Assembly (NCBI GenBank): GCA_963704755.1
Contig: OY969938.1
Location: 30,001 to 62,000, forward strand
Source: an uncultured Chloroflexia bacterium
GTDB lineage: Bacteria > Chloroflexota > Anaerolineae > Anaerolineales > Anaerolineaceae
DNA length: 32,000 bases
Direction: 5' to 3'
The position numbers and the translations under genes were made by a program. Below the pieces are notes generated by a model. That model saw only the letters and a list, made by a program, of their open reading frames with translations. It was not told the origin of the DNA and did no database searches. Positions 17,371-24,700 of this stretch are shown here, in pieces (positions within the stretch are counted from its first letter, which is position 1; every line of letters begins with the position of its first letter).

Positions 17371-18642
17371 ATGGCAAAGATCATTCAACCAGTCAAGGGA
17401 ACACGGGATTTTTATCCCGAGGAAATGGCAGCACGCTCCTGGTTATACCAGCAACTACGGCAGGTATCAGAATCCTATGGATATCAGGAATACGAAGCTC
17501 CCTTTCTTGAAAAGATCGACCTTTACGCGGCCAAGTCCGGTGAAGAGTTGGTCAAAGAACAGGCGTTTGTCTTTCCGGACCGGGGTGGGGATTTAATCAC
17601 CTTACGCCCGGAACTAACGCCCAGCCTGGCACGCATGGTTGCCCAACGCCAGCAGCAGTTCTTTTACCCCTTGCGGTGGTGGTCTTTTGGCCCATTCTGG
17701 CGCTACGAAAAGCCACAGCGCGGGCGGACGCGTGAGTTCTTTCAATGGAATATCGACCTGATCGGCCCCAGCTCGTCCGAATCGGATGCGGAGTTGATTT
17801 CGGTGGCAGCCAGCCTCTTTAAACGGGTGGGCCTGTCTTCCAATCAGGTACAGATTTCGGTAAATGACCGGCGCTTGATGGATGCGCAGTTGACCAAACT
17901 GGGGTTAGCCGATAGCAGCCAGAAGAAAGCGGTTTTTCGTTTGATCGACCGCCGGGACAAAATGCCTTTCGCAGCCTGGAAGGATTATGCGCTGGAACTT
18001 GGATTGGATGAAACCCAGTTCGAAAAGTTCCTGGCGGTGCTGGATGACCAATCCTTATGGGAGCAAAGCCCGGATATGGTTCAGTTGTTCGCGGCCCTGG
18101 AGGCTTCAGGGGCGAAAGAATACGTGCGCTTTGACCCGCAAGTGATTCGCGGATTGGAATATTACACCGGCACCGTTTTCGAAGCCCACGATGTACAGGG
18201 TGAGGGACGGGCCATCCTGGGTGGCGGCCATTACGATAACCTGGTCGGCGATGTGGGGGGCAACCCACTGGCGGGAGTCGGGTTTGCTATGGGCGATGTG
18301 ATGGTCACCCTGATCCTGAAGGATTATGGTTTACTGCCGGAATACAGCGGAACACCTGCCCAGGTACTGGTGACTTTGTTCGATGAGAACCTCAAAAACG
18401 ATGCGATCGCGCTGGCCAGCCGGCTGCGAGAGTCCGGGGTCAGCACGGCCTGTTTTACCGAGGTGCAGAAGCTGCCGCGCCAGTTCAAATACGCCGACCG
18501 GCTGGGTGTGCGCTTTGTGGTCATCGTCGGCCCGGAGGAACAGGCGGCCAGAACTGCGACCTTGAAAGATTTGCCTTTGGGCAGCCAGGAAACAGTACCT
18601 CAGGATCAACTGGCCGGGGTTATACTGGCCAAGCTGAGTTGA
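17371..18642 (+). CDS. hisS: Histidine--tRNA ligase
   Basis: KGTRDFYPEE, RPELTPS, FRYE-like WRYEKPQRGRTREF, GGGHYDNL, and a C-terminal anticodon-binding domain (VLVTLFDE...VRFVVIVGPEE). Confidence 0.92.
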   Translation: MAKIIQPVKGTRDFYPEEMAARSWLYQQLRQVSESYGYQEYEAPFLEKIDLYAAKSGEELVKEQAFVFPDRGGDLITLRPELTPSLARMVAQRQQQFFYPLRWWSFGPFWRYEKPQRGRTREFFQWNIDLIGPSSSESDAELISVAASLFKRVGLSSNQVQISVNDRRLMDAQLTKLGLADSSQKKAVFRLIDRRDKMPFAAWKDYALELGLDETQFEKFLAVLDDQSLWEQSPDMVQLFAALEASGAKEYVRFDPQVIRGLEYYTGTVFEAHDVQGEGRAILGGGHYDNLVGDVGGNPLAGVGFAMGDVMVTLILKDYGLLPEYSGTPAQVLVTLFDENLKNDAIALASRLRESGVSTACFTEVQKLPRQFKYADRLGVRFVVIVGPEEQAARTATLKDLPLGSQETVPQDQLAGVILAKLS

Positions 18643-18716
18643 AAATAGGATGATTTTTGATGGAATGGGGCGGTCAAGCCGTCCCATTCCATTGCGAAAT
18701 TCTGACCAAGAATCTT

Positions 18717-18745
18717 GCATAAGAAGGATGGCTGTGATAAAATGG
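18717..18745 (+). promoter_or_regulatory. Sigma-70-type promoter for tRNA-His (TTGCAT-17 nt-TAAAAT)
   Basis: The hexamers and 17-nt spacing are read directly; they lie about 38 nt upstream of the tRNA 5' end. Confidence 0.45.
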
Positions 18746-18783
18746 GGGCTCTCGGGCGGTTCAACTGACCGAAAAAGTAGTAT

Positions 18784-18858
18784 GGTGGGCGTAGCTCAAT
18801 GGCAGAGCGTCGCACTGTGGATGCGAATGTTGTGGGTTCGATCCCCATCGCCCACCCA
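18784..18858 (+). tRNA. tRNA-His (anticodon GTG) with genomically encoded G-1
   Basis: Hand-folded cloverleaf: G(-1)-GTGGGCG / CGCCCAC-C acceptor, GCTC/GAGC D stem, TCGCA-CTGTGGA-TGCGA anticodon arm, GTGGG-TTCGATC-CCCAT T arm. Confidence 0.9.
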
Positions 18859-18867
18859 GATAAGAAC

Positions 18868-18894
18868 ACATCCCACGCAGGGATGTTTTTATTT
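18868..18894 (+). terminator. Rho-independent terminator after tRNA-His
   Basis: ACATCCC-ACGCA-GGGATGT followed by TTTTTATTT. Confidence 0.6.
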
Positions 18895-19333
18895 GTGACT
18901 TTGATAGATCATTAATTTGCGGCTTTTCCTTTATAATAATGGTATAAGAAGCCACTCAGCCTGTCGAAACCCAATTTGGTTTTGAGTTGTTTACGGAGAG
19001 GTCCATGCCAGTAAACTGCCCAGGTGTACTGGATCCGTCAGGGCACCAGTGTGGTGGTTAGGAGAGCATCAATTTGGACGGAAAGATTTTGCATAAACCT
19101 TTTAACGGCGAGGCCGTAAAAAAGTTATCCGGGCAAAATCTGATCGTTTTCTGCGAACCGGATTGATGTCTGCAGAGACCGTTTGAAATTTCACCTGTGG
19201 GATTAATAAAATAACCGTTGCAAAAAACGAAAGAAAGGTGTGCGTGGGGGCTGCAATCCTTACGTATATCTTTTGATTTGTAGGCTTTGTGGGTGATACT
19301 TCTCTAAAATTATTGCCATAAAGAGAAAAATCG

Positions 19334-20926
19334 ATGTCAGAATACACGGTTTTAATCTTCGATAATGACACAGCAGCCGTTGAATATTGCCGTTCGGTTC
19401 TCAGCCAGGCTTCATTTGGTGTGAAGAGCGCAAATACCCCCCCAGAAGCGCTGGTAATTCTCGAAAAAGACCGTATTGACGTATTAATCGCTGCATTGGA
19501 TGGTTCAGAGGATGAATTAGTGGCTTTTGTGCACCAGGCGCGAAAGAAGAATCTTTTGCTGCCTGTTGTGGTTTTGGCCGGGTCAGGTCAGTTTCGACCG
19601 GCTTTGAAAGGCCTGCGTAAGGGAATCGACGGGCTGCTGATTAAACCGCTCGATGATCCGGGTGAAATTCTGGAAACCGTACAATATGCGCTTAGACAGC
19701 GCGATTTACGCCGGCGGATGGACGAGGTGAATAACATCCATCCTATGTTCGAATTTGGACAAAACATGCTCCCTGAAACAATCCCGGATGAATTGGGGAA
19801 TCGGGTGCTTCAGGTTTTCCTCAAGATGCTGCAAGCCAGCTATGGGGGTATCTTCGTCAATCAAAATAAAAGCTCAGGCTGGCGGATATTTAGCGAGTGT
19901 GGGCCGGAACAATTCGCCGGCCTGGACGAACCGGGTTTGAACAAAATCCTCGACAGTACCCGTGATTTGGGCCAAAAGGTCGTTTTTGGACCGCCGCAAA
20001 ACAACCCGTTGTTTGAAAACTGGCTGGCAGAAAAAGGACTTAAGCCCGTTTTCGTCCCAAGTACCTGGCAGGAGCATGATTACATTTTCTTCGCGCTGCG
20101 CAGCGCTGAACTGCCGGCGATGGGCGAAGCGGATGTACAGGATTTATCCAGGCTGGTCAACCATTCTGTGATTGCCCTGGATTATATGCAAAAAAATGCC
20201 GATCTGCGCACCAACATCAACCATTTGGAAGAATCAAAAAAGCTGGCGGTTCTCAGCGAAAAGATGGATGCTTTGGGCCGCCTGATTTCGACTGTGGCAC
20301 ACGAAGTAAATAATCCCTTGCAATCGATCACCAACTGCCTGCACCTGGCCAGCCGGACGGATGTATCCGAAGAGCGCAAACAGGGCTACATTCAACTGGC
20401 GCTGGGCGAGGTGGATCGCCTTTCAAACCTGGTCCAAAGCGCGCTTCATTTTTACCGGCCCAACCTGGTTCAGGAGAGCCAAATCGACCTGGCCGATCTG
20501 TTTGAAACCGTGCTGGGGCTGCTCGAGCCGCAATTACTGTCTCAGGATATTACCGTTCACAGAAATTATGGATCCGGATGTTATCCGGTCAAGGGGATCG
20601 CCGCTTCACTTCAACAGGTATTTTTAAATATCCTTTTGAATGCAATTCAGGCGGTTCAAACCACCCCTGCCCCCCATGAGATTTGGATCGACCTGGCTCG
20701 CGCAGAAACGACCACCCAGGTTCGCATTGAAGATTCAGGGCCGGGGTTGAATCCGGTGGCTCAAAAACGGGTATTCGAGCCCTTCTTTACCACCAAGTCC
20801 AATGGGACCGGGTTAGGCTTATCGATCAGTTACGAAATTATTGTGGATGTACACCGCGGTGAAATGGGGTTCGTTGAGGGAGCCCATGGGAAAGGCGCTT
20901 GTATCAGTATTTCTCTGAGGGAGTAA
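19334..20926 (+). CDS. Sensor histidine kinase with an N-terminal receiver-like domain
   Basis: H-box STVAHEVNNPLQSI, N-box NILLNAIQA, G-boxes EDSGPGL and GTGLGLSISYEI. The first ~120 aa look like a REC fold (VLIFDND...DVLIAALDG...LLIKP). Confidence 0.85.
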   Translation: MSEYTVLIFDNDTAAVEYCRSVLSQASFGVKSANTPPEALVILEKDRIDVLIAALDGSEDELVAFVHQARKKNLLLPVVVLAGSGQFRPALKGLRKGIDGLLIKPLDDPGEILETVQYALRQRDLRRRMDEVNNIHPMFEFGQNMLPETIPDELGNRVLQVFLKMLQASYGGIFVNQNKSSGWRIFSECGPEQFAGLDEPGLNKILDSTRDLGQKVVFGPPQNNPLFENWLAEKGLKPVFVPSTWQEHDYIFFALRSAELPAMGEADVQDLSRLVNHSVIALDYMQKNADLRTNINHLEESKKLAVLSEKMDALGRLISTVAHEVNNPLQSITNCLHLASRTDVSEERKQGYIQLALGEVDRLSNLVQSALHFYRPNLVQESQIDLADLFETVLGLLEPQLLSQDITVHRNYGSGCYPVKGIAASLQQVFLNILLNAIQAVQTTPAPHEIWIDLARAETTTQVRIEDSGPGLNPVAQKRVFEPFFTTKSNGTGLGLSISYEIIVDVHRGEMGFVEGAHGKGACISISLRE

Positions 20927-20933
20927 GAAAACG

Positions 20934-21713
20934 ATGGAAGCACCGCATATTTTAATAGTCGATGACGATGCAGTCGAGCGCTCTACTCTTGTGGATATCT
21001 TTCAACTCGAGAATTTTCAAGTGACCGAGGTTACCAATGGCGACCTGGCTTTAGAAGCACTCTCGAAAGGAATATTCGATTTAATGCTGCTCGACCTGCA
21101 CCTGGTCGGCATGAGTGGGATCGAAGTATTGGAGCGCGTCGCTGTCGCTTATCCCCGCACCAAGGTGATCATCCTGACCGCGCATGGCAGTTTTGATACC
21201 GCCGTGCAGGCGCTGCGGCTGCGGGTAGGCGATTACCTGGCCAAGCCCATCCGCCCCGAAGAGTTGCTGGAAAGTATTCACCGGGTGCTTTCGAAGACCG
21301 AAGCCACTGAGACAGCAGGCTATGCCGGCGAAGATGTCGTACCCTCGACCTGGAAGCCGGCCGGGAGTGCCGCGCTTATGCCAAGCTCCATTGACCTGTC
21401 CAATGGGGTGACGATCAATTGTATCCGCCGGATTATTTCCTGGGACGCCTGTGAAATCAGCTTGACACCGATCGAAGCCCGCCTGATAGCCTACCTGTTT
21501 GCCCATCACAAACAATTGATTGCCCACCAGGACCTGGTCAAGGCCGTATACGATTATTCGCTTTCCAACCTGGAAGCAGCCAAAATTTTGCGGACGGCCA
21601 TATCCAGGCTCAATAAAAAATTGGTCCGCATTCCGGGGGGAAGGGATTGGATCGAAAATGTGCGCGGGGCGGGGTATTTGTTGGACGTTTCGCCGGAACG
21701 GATAGTGCCGTAG
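20934..21713 (+). CDS. Response regulator, REC + OmpR/PhoB-type winged-helix output
   Basis: ILIVDDD...LMLLDLHLVGMSG...ILTAHG...YLAKP. The C-terminus reads LTPIEARLIAYL...VRGAGYLLD. It starts 8 nt after the kinase stop, with a GGAGGGAG RBS. Confidence 0.88.
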   Translation: MEAPHILIVDDDAVERSTLVDIFQLENFQVTEVTNGDLALEALSKGIFDLMLLDLHLVGMSGIEVLERVAVAYPRTKVIILTAHGSFDTAVQALRLRVGDYLAKPIRPEELLESIHRVLSKTEATETAGYAGEDVVPSTWKPAGSAALMPSSIDLSNGVTINCIRRIISWDACEISLTPIEARLIAYLFAHHKQLIAHQDLVKAVYDYSLSNLEAAKILRTAISRLNKKLVRIPGGRDWIENVRGAGYLLDVSPERIVP

Positions 21714-21719
21714 GGATTT

Positions 21720-21927
21720 CTCGAGCGGGTGAAGGGACCCGATCATTGATCCCCCCACGGGGAACCACGATATTATTACCTTGAGCGGGTGATGGGACTC
21801 GATCATTGATCCCCCCACGGGGAACAACGAGATTAAAAAATAACCCCTCTAACGAGGGGGTAACTTGAGCGGGTGATGGGACTCGATCATTGATCCCCCC
21901 ACGGGGAACAACGATATTATTACCTTG
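21720..21927 (-). repeat. Three tandem 60/84/60-bp units, each ending in a copy of the last 19 nt of tRNA-Gly plus its 4-nt trailer
   Basis: Plus-strand CTTGAGCGGGTGATGGGACTCGA occurs at 21780, 21864 and 21924 (the last is the tRNA itself). A degenerate copy, CTCGAGCGGGTGAAGGGACCCGA, is at 21720. Every unit shares TCATTGATCCCCCCACGGGGAAC(A/C)ACGA. Confidence 0.85.
21835..21860 (-). terminator. Rho-independent terminator (minus strand) embedded in the repeat array
   Basis: On the minus strand: CCCCTC-GTTA-GAGGGG followed by TTATTTTTT. It lies after the first repeat unit downstream of tRNA-Gly. Confidence 0.55.
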
Positions 21928-21999
21928 AGCGGGTGATGGGACTCGAACCCACGATATTTTGCTTGGGAAGCAAACGTTCTACCACTGAACTACACCCGC
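21928..21999 (-). tRNA. tRNA-Gly (anticodon CCC), CCA not encoded
   Basis: Minus strand reads GCGGGTG-TA-GTTC-AGTGGT-AGAAC-G-TTTGC-TTCCCAA-GCAAA-ATATC-GTGGG-TTCGAGT-CCCAT-CACCCGC-T. All four stems pair. Confidence 0.9.
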
Positions 22000-22011
22000 T
22001 TGAGTACCTGG

Positions 22012-22040
22012 ATTATATTCAAGCGATGAATAAGTGTCAA
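22012..22040 (-). promoter_or_regulatory. Consensus sigma-70 promoter for tRNA-Gly (TTGACA-17 nt-TATAAT)
   Basis: Minus strand reads TTGACA cttattcatcgcttgaa TATAAT. The -10 ends 12 nt before the tRNA 5' end. Confidence 0.6.
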
Positions 22041-22061
22041 GCAATTTTCGGAATAGACTGG

Positions 22062-22120
22062 CAGGCTGGTTTCGCGTTTTCCGCGTGCATTGCACGCGGA
22101 AAACGCGAAACCAGCCTGCT
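22062..22120. repeat. 59-bp perfect palindrome (29-nt arms, single central T)
   Basis: GCAGGCTGGTTTCGCGTTTTCCGCGTGCA-T-TGCACGCGGAAAACGCGAAACCAGCCTGC. I checked the arms base by base. Confidence 0.95.
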
Positions 22121-22172
22121 TCTGCGGGCAGACAGAGAGTATCATTTTTTTTCTTATCAGATAAAACACCTA

Positions 22173-22181
22173 TGGTATAAT
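22173..22181 (+). promoter_or_regulatory. Extended -10 element (TGGTATAAT) upstream of mreB
   Basis: It fits the TGnTATAAT pattern, about 58 nt upstream of the TTG start. The -35 is weak. Confidence 0.4.
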
Positions 22182-22238
22182 TTTTTCTTGGCTTATAAAC
22201 AAGTCACGAACATCCCGCAACGGGTTTAGGAGATCATA

Positions 22239-23306
22239 TTGGCTTTCAATCCATTACAATGGCTGCTGGGATTGTTCTCCCTGGACATTGGCATCGACTT
22301 AGGCACAGCAAACACGCTGGTGAATGTTCGGGGAAAGGGAATTGTCATTAATGAACCCTCTTGGGTAGCAATTAAAAAATCTACCCGTGAACCATTAGCA
22401 ATTGGTATTCAGGCAAAAGAAATGGTGGGGCGAACTCCGGCAAACGTTGTCGCTATCCGGCCGCTCCGCGATGGGGTAATCTCGGAATTCGAAATTACCC
22501 AGGCTATGTTACGATATTTCATCATGCGCGCTCATCAACAGACTTTTGTTCCGATCGCCTTCCCGCGGGTGGTTGTGGGGATCCCTTCGGGGGCGACCGA
22601 AGTTGAAAAGAGGGCTGTTTATGACGCAGCCATGTCAGCAGGTGCGCGTGAGGCTCATTTGATCGAAGAACCAAAAGCAGCTGCATTAGGCGCCGGGTTG
22701 CCGGTGACAGAAATTAAGGGCTGCATGATCGTGGATATCGGCGGCGGTACGACGGAAGTGGCCATCATATCCATGGGGCGCATCGTGGTCTCGCGTTCTT
22801 TGCGTGTGGCCGGCGATGAGCTGGACCAGGACATCATCCAATACGTGCGCAATAAATACAACCTGTTCATCGGCGAGCGCATGGCCGAACAGGTTAAGAT
22901 CGAAATCGGTTCCGCCTTTCCCCTGCAAACAGAACAAACCATGTCGGTACGAGGCCGAAACCTGGTCACCGGCCTGCCGGAGACACTCGAGATTTCGTCG
23001 ATCGAGATCCGTGAAGCCGTCTCCAGTTCGGTGCAGGTAATTATTGATACAATTAAGGATGCACTCGACGAAGCGCCCCCGGAAATTGTGGCCGACCTGA
23101 TCAACTCGGGTATTTGCCTGGCCGGTGGGACGGCTCAACTCCAGGGCCTGGCGGACCGGCTAAACGATGAGCTCAAGCTGCGCGTGTGGGTCGCGGAAGA
23201 CCCGATGACCTGTGTGGCTCGCGGCGCTGGTTTAATCCTGGAAGACCTGGATACATTCATCGAAAACGATTACCTTGCACCTTTAGACCGTACTGGTCTA
23301 AAATAG
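22239..23306 (+). CDS. mreB: Rod-shape-determining actin homologue MreB (TTG start)
   Basis: DIGIDLGTANTLV, DIGGGTTEVAI and LAGGTAQLQGL. An AGGAG lies 6 nt upstream of the TTG. Confidence 0.93.
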   Translation: MAFNPLQWLLGLFSLDIGIDLGTANTLVNVRGKGIVINEPSWVAIKKSTREPLAIGIQAKEMVGRTPANVVAIRPLRDGVISEFEITQAMLRYFIMRAHQQTFVPIAFPRVVVGIPSGATEVEKRAVYDAAMSAGAREAHLIEEPKAAALGAGLPVTEIKGCMIVDIGGGTTEVAIISMGRIVVSRSLRVAGDELDQDIIQYVRNKYNLFIGERMAEQVKIEIGSAFPLQTEQTMSVRGRNLVTGLPETLEISSIEIREAVSSSVQVIIDTIKDALDEAPPEIVADLINSGICLAGGTAQLQGLADRLNDELKLRVWVAEDPMTCVARGAGLILEDLDTFIENDYLAPLDRTGLK

Positions 23307-23348
23307 GTTATCCCTGGTAGTTCCCAGGAAATGTAAAATACATGTAAC

Positions 23349-24197
23349 ATGAAATCATCCAATGCACGTTCGTGGCAAACCGCCACAATGATCATTGTGG
23401 CGATTGGCTTGATTGTATTTGCGTTAAGCGGTTACCTTCGACCGGCTTTGCGGGTTGCTACGGCACCTCTGGTGAATGCCCAGGAGTGGTTGTCTTCCCG
23501 CTTTATTGCGATGTACGAATTTGTCACCGTCCCGCGGGATGTGGCCAGTTTGCGTGCGAGCAATGATGAGCTGGAAAAAGAAGTCTCTCAATTACAGGCA
23601 CAGATCATCGAGCTAAACCAGCAGTTGCGTGAGCAAAATGTGCTGTATGCGTTGTTGAATTATGAACGGGCCAACCCAACCGGAAGCCAATATGTGACCG
23701 CGGCCGTGATTGGAAACGACCCCAGCCCCTTTATGCGCTACATCTTTATCAACCGCGGCTCGGATGACGGCCTTAAAAAGGGAATGCCGGTCATCACCGA
23801 CAAAGGCCTGGTTGGGCGGATCGATGCGGTCACTGCGACGGCTGCGCGGGTCCAATTGATCACCGATACCAGTTCGGTGGTTAACGTACGCCTGGAGCCG
23901 GACCGTGGGGATGCTCAAATCGTCGGCTCGTTGACCGGAGAAATCACCGCCACGATGGTCTCGCAAGACGTGTCGCTGCAAACTGGCGACCTGGTACTGA
24001 CTTCTGGCCTGGGCGGCAGCTATCCGGATGATATTCTGATCGGACAGATCACCTCGATCCGTAAGCAGTCCAGTGATTTATTTCAATCCGCAAACGTCCA
24101 GCCGGTCGTTGATTTCACCACTCTGGAGGCCGTGCTGGTGATTACTAATTTCCGGCCGGCTGATATTACTCCGCTCGAACCTACGGTGAGTCCCTAA
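23349..24197 (+). CDS. mreC: Rod-shape-determining protein MreC
   Basis: N-terminal TM anchor, coiled coil (ELEKEVSQLQAQIIELNQQLREQN), then a beta-rich domain (GMPVITDKGLVGRI...). Its position directly after mreB supports the call. Confidence 0.85.
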   Translation: MKSSNARSWQTATMIIVAIGLIVFALSGYLRPALRVATAPLVNAQEWLSSRFIAMYEFVTVPRDVASLRASNDELEKEVSQLQAQIIELNQQLREQNVLYALLNYERANPTGSQYVTAAVIGNDPSPFMRYIFINRGSDDGLKKGMPVITDKGLVGRIDAVTATAARVQLITDTSSVVNVRLEPDRGDAQIVGSLTGEITATMVSQDVSLQTGDLVLTSGLGGSYPDDILIGQITSIRKQSSDLFQSANVQPVVDFTTLEAVLVITNFRPADITPLEPTVSP

Positions 24198-24199
24198 AC

Positions 24200-24697
24200 A
24201 TGGCCATTTTGTTAGGCATTCCAGTATTGGGGGGAATGTTAATGCTGCAAATGGGGATCGTCAGCCGTTTAACCCTGTTGGAGGGGGCTGCCGACCTGGT
24301 TATGCTGGTGGTCATCGCCTGGGCTTTGCAGGAGAACGTGAAAACCGCCTGGCAATGGGCGATCATCGGTGGGGGATTGGTGAGCCTGGTCACGGCTACG
24401 CCATTTTTCGCCCCTTTGATTGGATATTTGATCGCCACGGGGGTAGCCCGCCTGTTTCAGCAGCGGGTATGGCAGTCACCGATATTGGCCATGCTGTTGA
24501 CCACCTTTGTAGGTACAATTTTGTATCACCTGGTGTCGATTGCGATGATCCAGGCTGCGGGAACGTCCCTTTCCGTCCTGGATTCGCTTACCCTGGTTAC
24601 GCTCCCCAGCGCTTTGTTAAACCTGATCCTGGCGTTACCGGTCTTTATCGTAATACGGGATCTCGCTTATCTGGTTTATCCCAGCGAAGAAGCATAG
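24200..24697 (+). CDS. mreD: Rod-shape-determining protein MreD
   Basis: A 165-aa multi-pass hydrophobic protein that starts 3 nt after mreC. Called mainly from position and topology. Confidence 0.7.
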   Translation: MAILLGIPVLGGMLMLQMGIVSRLTLLEGAADLVMLVVIAWALQENVKTAWQWAIIGGGLVSLVTATPFFAPLIGYLIATGVARLFQQRVWQSPILAMLLTTFVGTILYHLVSIAMIQAAGTSLSVLDSLTLVTLPSALLNLILALPVFIVIRDLAYLVYPSEEA

Positions 24698-24700
24698 ATT

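Noticed and set aside
19102-19371. 89-aa minus-strand ORF
   Set aside because: It overlaps the histidine-kinase start codon region, lies in AT-rich intergenic DNA, and has no RBS or recognisable domain.
21081-21827. 248-aa minus-strand ORF with a duplicated N-terminus (FPVGGSMI... twice)
   Set aside because: Most of it is antisense to the response-regulator gene. The duplicated peptide is only the translated tRNA-3'-end repeat units.
21720-21927. Small CRISPR-like array or extra tRNA genes
   Set aside because: There are only three units. The repeated part is the tRNA-Gly 3' end. No 5' acceptor strand, D arm or anticodon arm is present, so these are not functional tRNAs.
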